Source: Eledone cirrhosa
Taxonomy: Eukaryota
Length of the DNA stretch: 64,000 bases
Direction: 5' to 3'
Assembly (NCBI GenBank): GCA_964016885.1
Contig: OZ024741.1
Coordinates: 3,348,001 to 3,412,000 of the forward strand
The stretch's first letter is position 1, and every line of letters begins with the position of its first letter. Both the position numbers and the translations under genes were made by a program. The notes below the pieces were generated by a model that was given only the letters and a program-made list of their open reading frames with translations, was not told where the DNA came from and made no database searches. Shown here in pieces: positions 35,228-45,405 of this stretch.

Positions 35228-35458
35228 ATTGATGTTGTTGTTGTCGTTGTTGTTGATGGTGTTGTTGTTCTCATTGTCGTGGTTGTTGCTGTCCTTGTTG
35301 TCGTTGTTGTTGTTGTTGTCGTTGTTGTTGTCGTCGTTGTTGTCGTCGTTGTTGCTGTTGTTGTTGTTGTTGTCGTTGTTGTTGTTGTTGTCGTTGTTGT
35401 TGTCGTTGTTGTTGTCGATGTGGTCGTGGTGGTGGTGGGTGTTGTTGTTGTTGTTGTT
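35228..35458. repeat. Imperfect (GTT)n/(GTC)n microsatellite at the satellite inversion point
   Basis: gttgttgttgtcgttgttg... run that grades directly into the inverted satellite (gttgttgttatgttatctctctatattgctg). Confidence 0.95.
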
Positions 35459-38290
35459 ATGTTATCTCTCTATATTGCTGTAGTTGTTATGTTGTCTCTC
35501 TATATTGCTGTAGTTGTTATGTCTCTATATTGCTGTAGTTGTTATGTCTTTCTATATTGCTGTAGTTGTTATGTCTCTCTATATTGCTGTAGTTGTTATG
35601 TCTCTATTTTGCTGTAGTTGTTATGTCTTTCTATATTGCTGTAGTTGTTATGTCTCTCTATATTGCTGTAGTTGTTATGTCTCTATTTTGCTGTAGTTGT
35701 TATGTCTTTCTATATTGCTGTAGTTGTTATGTCTCTCTTTATTGCTGTAGTTGTTATGTCTCTCTATATTGCTGTAGTTGTTATCTCTATATATTGCTGT
35801 AGTTGTTATGTCTCTCTATATTGCTGTAGTTGTTATGTCTCTCTATATTGCTGTAGTTGTTATGTCTCTATATTGCTGTAGTTGTTATGTTGTCTCTCTA
35901 TATTGCTGTAGTTGTTATGTCTCTCTATATTGTTGTAGTTGTTATGTTGTTTCTCTATATTACCGTAGCTGTTATGTTTCTATATTGCTGTAGTTGTTAT
36001 GTCTCTATATTGCCGTAGTTGTTATGTCTCTATATTGCTGTAGTTGTTATGTCTCTCTATATTGCTGTAGTTGTTATCTCTCTATATTGCTGTAGTTGTT
36101 ATGTCTCTCTATATTGCTGTAGTTGTTATGTCTTTCTATATTGCTGTAGTTGTTATGTCTCTCTATATTGCTGTAGTTGTTATGTTGTCTCTCTATATTG
36201 CTGTAGTTGTTATGTCTCTCTATATTGCTGTAGTTGTTATCTCTCTATATTGCTGTAGTTGTTACGTCTTTCTATATTGCTGTAGTTGTTATCTCTCTAT
36301 AGTGCTGTAGTTGTTATGTCTCTCTATATTGCTGTAGTTGTTATGTCTTTCTATATTGCTGTATTTGTTATGTCTCCCTATATTGCTGTCGTTGTTATGT
36401 CTCTATATTTCTGTAATTGTTATGTCTCTATATTGCTGTAGTTGTTATGTTGTCCCTCTATATTGCTGTAGTTGTCTCTCTCAATATTGCTGCAGTTGTT
36501 ATATCTCTCTATATTGCTGTAGTTGTTATGTCTCTATATTGCTGTAGTTGTTATGTTTCTCTATATTGCTGTAGTTGTTGTGTCTCTATATTGCTGTAGT
36601 TGTTATGTCTCTATATTGCTGTAGTTGTTATGTTGTCCCTCTATATTGCTGTAGTTGCTATGTCTCTATATTGATGTAGTTGTTATATCTCTCTATATTG
36701 CTGTAATTGTTATCTCTCTATATTGCTGTAATTGTTATCTCTCTATATTGCTGTAGTTGTTATGTCTCTCTATATTGCTGTAGTTGTTATGTCTCTATAT
36801 AATCCTGGAGTTGTTATGTTGTCTCTCTATATTGCTGTAGTTGTTATGTCTCTATATTGCTGTAGTTGTTATGTCTCTCTATATTGCTGTAAATGTTATG
36901 TCTCTATATTGCTGTGGTTGTTATGTCTCTCTATATTGCTGTAGTTGTTATGTCTCTCTATATTGCTGTATTTGTTATGTCTCTCTATATTGCTGTAGTT
37001 GTTATGTCTCTATATTGCTGTAGTTGTTATGTCTTTCTATATTGCTGTAATTGTTATGTCTCTCTATATTGCTGTAGTTGTTATGTCTCTATATTGCTGT
37101 AGTTGTTATGTCTCTCTATATTGCTGTAGCTGTATGTCTCGCTATATTGCTGTAGTTGTTATGTTGTCTCTCTCTATATTGCTGTAGTTGTTATGTCTCT
37201 ATTTTGCTGTAGTTGTTATGTCTCTCTATATTGCTGTAGTTGTTATGATACTCTATATTGCTGTAGTGGTTATGTCTCTATATTGCTGTAGTTGTTATTT
37301 TTCTATATTGCTGTAGTTGTTATGTTTCTATATTGCTGTAGTTGTTATGTCTCTCTATATTGCTGTAGTTGTTATCTCTCTATATTGGTGTAGTTGTTAT
37401 GTCTCTTTATATTGCTGTAGTTGTTATGTCTCTCTACATTGCTGTAGTTGTTATGTCTCTATATTGCTGTAGTCGTTATGTCTCTATATTTCTGTAGTTG
37501 TTATGTCTCTATATTGCTGTAGTTGTTATGTCTCTATATTGCTGTAGTTGTTATGTCTCTCAATATTGCTGTTGTTGTTATATTGTCTCTCTATATTGCT
37601 GTAGTTGTTATGTCTCTATATTGCTGTAGTTGTTATGTCTCTCTATATTGCTGTAGTTGTTATGTTGTCTCTTTATATTGGTGTAGTTGTTATGTCTCTA
37701 TGTTGCTATAGTTGTTGTCTCTCTATATTGCCGTTGTTGTTATGTTGTCTCTCTATATTGCTGTAGTTGTTATGTCTCTATATTGCTGTAGTTGTTATGT
37801 CTCTATATTTCTGTAGTTGTTATGTCACTCTATATTGCTGGCGTTGTTATGTTGTCTCTCTATATTGCTGTACTTGTTATGTCTCTAGATTGCTGTAGTT
37901 TTTATGTGTCTCTATATTGCTGTAGTCGTTATGTCTCTCTATATTGCTGTATTTGTTATGTCTCTATATTGCTGTAGTTGTTATGTCTATATATTGCTGT
38001 AGTTGTTATGTCTCACTATATTGCTGTAGATGTATGTCTCGCTATATTGATGTAGTTGTTAATTTGTTTCTCTATATTGCTGTAGTTGTTATGTCTCTCT
38101 ATATTGCTGTAGTTGTTATGTCTCTCTATATTGCTGTAGTTGTTATGTCTCTCTATATTGCTGTACTTGTTATGTCTCTATATTGCTGTAGTTGTTATGT
38201 CTCTCTATATTGCTGTAGTTGTTATGTCTCTCTATTTGCTGTAGTTGTTATGTCTCTCTATGTTGCTGTAGTCGTTATGTCTCTCTATAT
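35452..38290 (-). repeat. Satellite A, inverted arm (~2.8 kb)
   Basis: Monomers read GTCTCTCTATATTGCTGTAGTTGTTAT, the reverse complement of the main arm. The ORF track shows the same spurious peptides switching from the - to the + strand. Confidence 0.97.
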
Positions 38291-38415
38291 TTACTCGGGG
38301 CACCACCCCTAGGTTCCTTTATCTACCCGGGGCCACCACCCATAGTTTCCTTTATCTACCCGGGTCACCACCCCTAGGTTCTTTATCTACCCGGGCCACC
38401 ACACCTAGGTCCCTT
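38291..38415. repeat. ~31-bp GC-rich minisatellite, 4 copies, capping the satellite
   Basis: Unit ~TTTATCTACCCGGGGCCACCACCCCTAGGTTCC repeated four times with small indels. Confidence 0.88.
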
Positions 38416-38454
38416 TCTTCACATTTATTGCATTTGCTTTATAATTATTATTTA

Positions 38455-38668
38455 GCTGCTATACAAGTATCGAGGGAGCGTTGAACATCTTTCGAAGTAT
38501 AGAGTTATGGCCTTCTACGTTCTGAGTTCAAATCCCGCCGAGCTTAACTTTGCCTTTCGTCCTTACAAGGTCGATAAAATAAAGTACCAGTAATGCACTG
38601 CGGTCAATTTAATCGACTTTTCCCTCCCCCAAAATTGTTGGCCTTGTGCCTAAATCAGAAAGCATTAT
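38455..38668 (+). mobile_element. tRNA-derived SINE, degenerate (first of a tandem pair)
   Basis: B-box-like GAGTTCAAATCC at 38524-38535, followed by CTTTGCCTTTCGTCCTT..GGTCGATAAAATAAAGTACCAGT. Related copies at 38672, 46141, 47085 and 51000. Confidence 0.75.
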
Positions 38669-38671
38669 TTG

Positions 38672-38836
38672 GATGCTATGCAAGTACCGGTAGAGAGTTG
38701 AACAACATGCTTTACAGCATAGAGTTGCGTTCCTTTACGTTCTGAGTTCAAATCCCGCCGAGGTTAGATAAAATAAAGTACCATTAATGCACAGGGGGTT
38801 CAATTTAATAATACCTAAGTCAGAAACCGTTATTAT
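38672..38836 (+). mobile_element. tRNA-derived SINE, internally deleted second copy
   Basis: TACGTTCTGAGTTCAAATCCCGCCGAG recurs 220 bp after the first copy, with GATAAAATAAAGTACCA and a CAGAAACCGTTATT tail. Confidence 0.7.
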
Positions 38837-38936
38837 ATTATCAATTTTCTCCTTTTCCAAACAAAATTGATGACTTTGTTCCAATAATAGAAACCCTTAT
38901 TTTGTCGGGCAATGAAATCTTCAATTAACCCTTTAG

Positions 38937-39371
38937 CATTTACATTACTCTATATATACTATTGTATAATCACGGTAAACACTTTACCTCACGTAATATC
39001 TCACATAACATTTACATTACTCTATATATACTATTGTATTGTCACAGTAAAGGCTTTACCTCACATAATATCTCACATAACATTTACATTACTCTATATA
39101 TACTATTATATTTTCACAGTAAAGGCTTTACCTCACATAATATCTCACATAACATTTACATTACTCTATATATACTATTATATTGTCACAGTAAAGGCTT
39201 TACCTCACATAATATCTCACATAACATTTACGTTACTCTATATATACTATTGTATTGTCACAGTAAAGGCTTTACCTCACATAATTTCTCACATAACATT
39301 TACATTACTCTATATATACTATTGTATTTTCACAGTAAAGGCTTTACCTCACATAATATCTCACATAACAT
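38937..39371. repeat. 72-bp minisatellite, left half (6 copies)
   Basis: Unit CATTTACATTACTCTATATATACTATTGTATTGTCACAGTAAAGGCTTTACCTCACATAATATCTCACATAA starts at 38937, 39009, 39081, 39153, 39225 and 39297. The first copy overlaps the left TIR. Confidence 0.96.
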
Positions 39372-39557
39372 CTCGTATACGAGAGACGTGTGTTGACGTG
39401 TGTGAAGAAGCTCGGCTACCGAGTCGGATTTACTTACTCAAAAGTGAGTTTTGATTAATTTTGTATACTGTAATATACGTTAACCCCTTGCCTTGGTCGT
39501 CAAACTTTGAGTTTATTTATTTTCCAGTTAAAAATTTATTACGGCAAACTAATAGAA

Positions 39558-41297
39558 ATGGACGGAATTTTCACATCTCATCCTAACGAGAAAGCCACGG
39601 CCCCTAAGAAAGGTGATACAGAGAAGCTAGAAGCACAAGGCTCTAAGTCTTCCCTCCTCACTTCTGCAAAAGAAACATGGAACATGGAATTAAAAGAAAA
39701 ATTTGTAAAAATGGGTGAAAACCCAGAAAGTCACATAAACGCAGACAAAAACAACAACGACAATAACAGCAATAGTCACAACACCAACCAAGGAAAAAAT
39801 AACGATAACACCAAACAAAGCGAACTAACTACTGGTGCCTCCTTTGCACAGGCGGTCCGGAAAACACAAACCTGCAAGCAACTGGACATTACAACTCTGA
39901 GAGAAAAGATGAAGGAAGCGAAACAGTATGTAACTTTCAAAGAAGGAGGAGACTTCACAATCACCTCCCCACAAGAAATCAAAAGAGACACGACGCTAAG
40001 AACGATATCTTTCAGAACAATTTCCAACATAACAAGGAAACCAGCTCAATTATCCCAAAAAGAGATTGAACTGGTCCTAAAAAATGTGTGGAGTGATATA
40101 TCGTTCATACAAAAAGGGCCACTCTATGGGAATATAACGGTCCTAATGAAGGATCAATTGACGGCCAGGAATTACTCTGTGGCGCCAATTGTTTCCAAGC
40201 TACATACATTTTTCCCCACATATTTAGGGAAAAGAACGCAGAAAATAAGGGTCTCCGGAATCCGGCCAAATGCATGCATTTCCTGGGTATTAACAGGATT
40301 TTTAGAAGACGAGGACGGAATCCTCTCAGTAGGAGAAGTCACCACAGATGTTTTCGGCGGTTTGAGCGTGGAGGTTCTGGTCCAAATGAGACCAGAACGA
40401 ATAGCTAGAATACCACAGAGGGTGTCCCTCGATGGAGAAACATTTATATACATTTCAGCCGAGGGTAGGAGGCCCATATGTTACTACTGTTCAAGCAGGG
40501 GTCATCTAAGGGCTGCTTGTCCTCAATAGACAAAAAAAAAGGCTCTTTTGCCTACACCCCACACACCACCATCGCCACCACCACCACCACCACCTCCACC
40601 ACCACCACAACAACAACAACAAAAACAACACGAAAAAATAACACAAGACACGGCCCCACCCAAAACAACTCCAAAAACACACACAAATACAACAAAACCC
40701 CAAAATACACCACTACCCGACAACACGGACGAGGACCCAGCTGAAACGGCACCTAGTGACGAAGAGGGGGAACCCTTCCAACCTGTAAAAAGGAAAAAAA
40801 GAAAACACCACTCGAACATAAACGAAACAAACACACAACCACCAACAAAAACAAAACAAACAGAACAAACAAAATCCGCCCCACCCCAAAACATAACACA
40901 TACAACAAAACGTAAGCACACACAAGAACAGCAAACAAACACAACACAAATAAAACAGTATACATACATTAACACAAATAACAAAGAACTAGTAAAAACA
41001 ATACACAAAGACCCTTCGGTGGAAACTGAAGGGCAATTCTTTGCAAGCGCGGCCAACAAATCGCATTTAAAAATGATAAGACTCCCAATGGACACCTATG
41101 CAAAACTAAGAGAGAACTTTCCTGAGGACGTGGGGAAAACATGTACTCGACCCTATAACCGCGTCCTCTTGAAACGTTTCCCCACCCACACCTCACCAAA
41201 CACCCCCACTCCACCACAGAACAACACCCCACCAAACAACTCCTCCAATACGCCCATGGATATTGTGCAACCTGCTCCTCAGGAGCCGAACAGGTAG
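39558..41297 (+). pseudogene. Tx1-like ORF1 (gag-like zinc-knuckle protein, ~579 codons) with one in-frame TAG at 40527-40529
   Basis: ATG at 39558. CX2CX4HX4C motif CYYCSSRGHLRAAC at 40479-40520. Track ORFs 39507..40529 and 40548..41297 are in the same frame, separated only by TAG. A Pro/Thr/Gln-rich linker follows. Confidence 0.85.
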
Positions 41298-41318
41298 GTC
41301 CTTCCTCTTTTAACCAAC

Positions 41319-44300
41319 ATGGCTGATATAAGAGTTGGGTGTCTGAATGTACGCGGCCTGGGACTGTCTTGGAAACAAGGCAAACTTTTAAACGATCTCA
41401 GGTCGCATAGAATGGATGTAATGGCTATTTGCGAGTCCAGGATCAGCAGCGAGCACCAACTGGCGCCCCTCTTCGACGACTTTGAGATCTTCGCATCTCT
41501 CTGTCAACCGGGGGGTGGGGGTGGAGTTGTCGTTCTGCTGCGAAAACACCTGGGCCTCGCCATACAGAAGGTGCACCTGGACCCGGAGGGTCGACTGGTG
41601 GTTTTAGACGTCGGCAGTAGTGAAAGTGGAGCCCTTAGACTAATAGCTGTGTACGCCCCTTTTTGGGCAGCGCGGCCGGAATACTTCCAACGTCTGGAAA
41701 CTTTTCTGGGAACGTCCCGCTCCTTGCTTTTAGTGGGGGACTGGAATGGTATCCTGGATGCACGTTGGGACTATGTAGGGGCATGTGCCAATAGAGGGGG
41801 GTGTAAAAGCCTCAAAAGGTTAATCGGCCGATTTGACCTAGCCGATAGATATCGACTAGATTTTCCGACTGTACCACTATGGACGTGGACCAATCGTAGC
41901 GGAACATATAGGTCGTACCTAGATAGGGTCCTAGTTAGAGAGAAGGATAGGAACACATTTAGCTGTCCAAAAATGTTCATGGTTGACTATTCGGATCACA
42001 AGTTAGTGACCTGCATAGCCAACCTTGATAGAACCCATAGACAGGGACCCGGTTACTGGAAGCTGAACTTGTCCTTACCGACAAGCAAAGCTTACAGTAA
42101 ACGGATTAGCACGTTAGTTAAGCAGAGTTTGACAGGGGCAATTGTCAACAACAGGTGGTGGAGCTCTCTTAAGAGAGCAATTAGAATAGAATCGATAGGT
42201 TTTAGTCAGGAATTAGCAAGGGATAGGAACAAGACGGAAAGGGAATTAGTAGATAGAGTAGCAGAGGCGATTAGGAGTGGCAATGTAGCCGGCGTGCTGG
42301 CATCAAGAATGGCCTTAGACCAGTTCTTTGAGGTGAAGCATGAAGGCTGCGTTGTCAGGAGTAAAATACGTGCTCTGGGTAATGAGGGAGCCAAAGCTGT
42401 GAGCTGGGCCCGAGTGACAGAGGCAAAAAGTGGGAACAAGTCCACGATTCGGTCTTTGAAGGAACAGGATGGGCGTGTGATCCTTGAACCTGGGAAGATG
42501 TGTACGGCCTTTCAGCGGCACTTTGCACGACTGTTCGAGAGGGGTGGCGCGCCGGGTGAGACTATGGATTTCAATCCATACCTCGACGGTCTGCCGCGCC
42601 TCTCGGACGCGGAGGCGAAGTCCTGCGAAAGGACGATTTCAGCTGCTGAGATAGGGGCGGCGCTGAGCCAATGCGGCAAACGCAAATCCCCGGGTCTCGA
42701 TGGTCTACCATACGAGCTATATGTAGCGATGCCGGACTTGTTCTCCGATATCCTCGAAGCGGTCTACTGCAACTGGCAGCAGAACGGGAGAATTCCCAGT
42801 TCTGTGACCAAGGGCGTAGTTACGCTGCTGGGGAAGGATGAGAACAAGGAGGATGACATAAGTAACTTCAGGCCCATAACTCTGCTAAATACAGAGTTAA
42901 AGATTTTGGCCAAGGTGTTAGCGAAGAGTTTGGCGCTTGTCGTTGGAAACCTGGTGGGAGAAGCGCAGACATGCGCAATCCCGTCCAGGTCCATTCACGA
43001 CAATCTCCACCTTATGCGATACATCATAGAGAGGGTAGGGAATGAACCCGGCTTTGGTGGGGCCCTGATCAACTTGGATCAATCTAAAGCTTTCGGTAGG
43101 GTTGACCATCGTTACCTGGATGCAGTGCTCGCGGCGGCAGGCTTCGGACCCGTTTTCAGGGGTTGGATTGCTGCGATGCACAGCAGCAACGTCTGATCAA
43201 GGGTCTAGGTGAACGGCCACCTCTAGGAGCCGTTCCAAATCATGAATCCATCCGACAGGGATGCCCTCTCTCCTCCCTACTGTATGTGCTGGCTCTTGAG
43301 CCACTACTGCGGAAGTTGGAGCGGTTGCAGGGCATCCTTTTAGAACCGGGATTGCAGAAAGCGGCGTCGGCCTACGCCGATGACGTGACAGTAATGGTGT
43401 CGAAAACCTCGCAAATCGGTGAGATCGGCACCTTACTGGAGGAATATGAAAGGTTTACAGGAGCCAAGCTGAACCGGGACAAGTCCGTCGGTTTGCAACT
43501 CGGAACATGGAGAGGCAAACCGATGCCCTCCAACGACGTCGTCGGACGCTGGACGGAGGGCCCGGTGAAGCTGCTTGGGGTCTGGTTCGGACCAGACCTC
43601 CATGTGGAGAAAAACTGGAACGAGGTAACGGCCAGGGTGTTTGCACTCACCCAGAAGTGGGCCCAGTGCAAACTATCCCTGAAAGGTCGAGCGGAGGTGG
43701 CGAATACTTATATAGCATCGGTCATCTACTACCGCTTGACCGTCGTGCCTTGCCCAGTGAAAAGACTTGCCAAAATGGAGTGCGCGCTGTTCCACTTTCT
43801 TTGGAACAAGCGGACCCCTTTGGTGAGGAGATCCATCTGCTGTCAACACCCTTCGAAAGGGGGGCTGGGGATGCCGTGGCTACAGATGCGTAAACACGCA
43901 TTAAGGCTACGGCACCTCCAGGTATTCCTCACCGGTCAACCGGTGTGGGCCCCGTTTGTGAGGCGAGCCTTTCCCAGACTCGTCTCGCTCACCGAGCTGT
44001 AATCCTGGGTCAAGCAAAGACCGAGAAAAGTGGGCGACTGGCACATTGAATGTGCCCAGGCGCTCACGGCCCTCTGGAAAGCGGACCCGGCAATCAGTGG
44101 AGACTCCACCTCGACATTCTATAGAGGGTTGGTACGCAGCAGGTGCGACGATGCTCTCGGAGAAGCTCTAGGCATGGAGGAAGATGAACTGGCCAGTCTG
44201 TTCGGTAGGACGTTTGGCCCTGGACCGATGGACAACTTCCAAAAGTCCCTGGCTTGGAAGTGCTACCGAGGGACTCTACCCGTTCGAGACAAGCTCCACA

Positions 44301-44755
44301 GGCATGGGAGCCTGGGTAGAGATCCTTTGAATAAGATCTGTCCGAGATGCGTGCATGATGACGAAACCGTTGCGCACGCATTCGTACACTGCCCAGGCAT
44401 TGCTGACCTGTGGGGCTATGTGGAACAACTACTGTCGAGGGTGGGACCAATCCGGTTGACCACCGAGTCCATTGTCACGATCAAACCGCCTCCCCCTTTC
44501 AAAAACGAAGGAGAGGCGGTTTTTCTCTCTGTGATAGCCATGGCTAAAGAAGTTGTATGGTGGACGAGGCTGAAAGGGCTGAGGTCAGACACCTTTCTCT
44601 CCGGCCAACAACTGGTCCCCTTTTTCAAATACCATTTTAAAAGAAGGATCAGAATGGAGAGAGAGGTGCTCTACCCCAGCAAGTTTTATGAAAGGTGGGT
44701 GAAAGTAGGGAGAATGGCCAGAGTGAATGGGTCTTCTCTCTATATCAGCCTGTAG
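41319..44755 (+). pseudogene. Tx1-like ORF2 (AP endonuclease, reverse transcriptase, zf-RVT), disrupted
   Basis: APE motifs LNVRGL, VGDWN, LDRVL, SDH. Linker GPGYWKLN. RT motifs KSPGLDGL, FRPITLLN, LDQSKAF, RQGCPLS and YADD (43373-43384). C-terminal CPRC-X8-H-X4-C. Stops at 43194, 43206, 43224 and 44000, and a 1-bp frameshift at ~43245. Confidence 0.95.
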
Positions 44756-44980
44756 GTGAAAGAAGAGGAAAAAGAGGAGACGAGGGAAGCACCTACTCTT
44801 TGTGCTCCTGAGGAGAAGGGTTGCACATTTTTTCCGGGGTGTGTGCGACCCATGTTAATGCCCCCTCCCTATTGAGGACTTCGTTTGTTGTTGTTATTTC
44901 ATTGTTATATTTTTGTACTCGTTAATTATATGTAAACTTCCCCCCTTGTATCTGTCCCTACCTTTTGTGCCCTAGTGGCA

Positions 44981-44986
44981 AATAAA
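44981..44986 (+). promoter_or_regulatory. Polyadenylation signal at the LINE 3' end
   Basis: AATAAA lies 6 bp before the 72-bp array resumes. Confidence 0.6.
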
Positions 44987-44992
44987 GAAACC

Positions 44993-45405
44993 ACTCTATA
45001 TATATTATTGTATTTTCACAGTAAAGGCTTTACCTCACATAATATCTCACATAACATTTACATTACTCTATATATACTATTGTATTTTCACAGTAAAGGC
45101 TTTACCTCACATAATATCTCACATAACATTTACATTACTCTATATATACTATTGTATTTTCACAGTAAAGGCTTTACCTCACATAATATCTCACATAACA
45201 TTTACATTACTCTATATATACTATTGTATTGTCACAGTAAAGGCTTTACCTCACATAACATTTACATACTCTATATATACTATTGTATTTTCACGGTAAA
45301 GGCTTTACCTCACATAATATCTCACATAACATTTACATTACTCTATATATAATTTTGTATTTTCACGGTAAAGGCTTTACTTCACATAATATCTCACATA
45401 ATATC
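44993..45405. repeat. 72-bp minisatellite, right half (6 copies, one 60-bp variant)
   Basis: Units at 44993 (partial), 45055, 45127, 45199 (60 bp), 45259 and 45330; same consensus as the left half. Confidence 0.96.

Larger units (their letters stand above)
39372..44992 (+). mobile_element. Near full-length non-LTR retrotransposon, L1 group / Tx1 clade (~5.6 kb), inactivated
   Basis: 5' UTR, ORF1 with a CCHC knuckle, a 21-bp spacer, ORF2 with APE + RT + C-terminal CCHC, and a 3' UTR ending AATAAAGAAA. Bounded on both sides by the 72-bp array. Confidence 0.93.

Noticed and set aside
24-38312. Hundreds of Cys-rich (YCCSCYVSL) and Val-rich (YIAVVVMSL) ORFs resembling metallothioneins or membrane proteins
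   Set aside because: They are translations of the 27-bp monomer, which lacks stops in two frames. Frames switch at every 23/25-bp variant and the strand flips with the inversion.
38520-38545. tRNA gene (GTTCAAATCCC T-arm motif)
   Set aside because: No cloverleaf or acceptor stem; it is the B box of a repeated SINE.
38912-39454. ORFs with 24-aa repeats (also 44975-45352 and 50096-50752)
   Set aside because: Translations of the 72-bp and 25-bp minisatellites with no domain content of their own.
39776-44628. Antisense and alternate-frame ORFs overlapping the LINE
   Set aside because: Short shadow ORFs with no motifs, expected opposite a long coding sequence.
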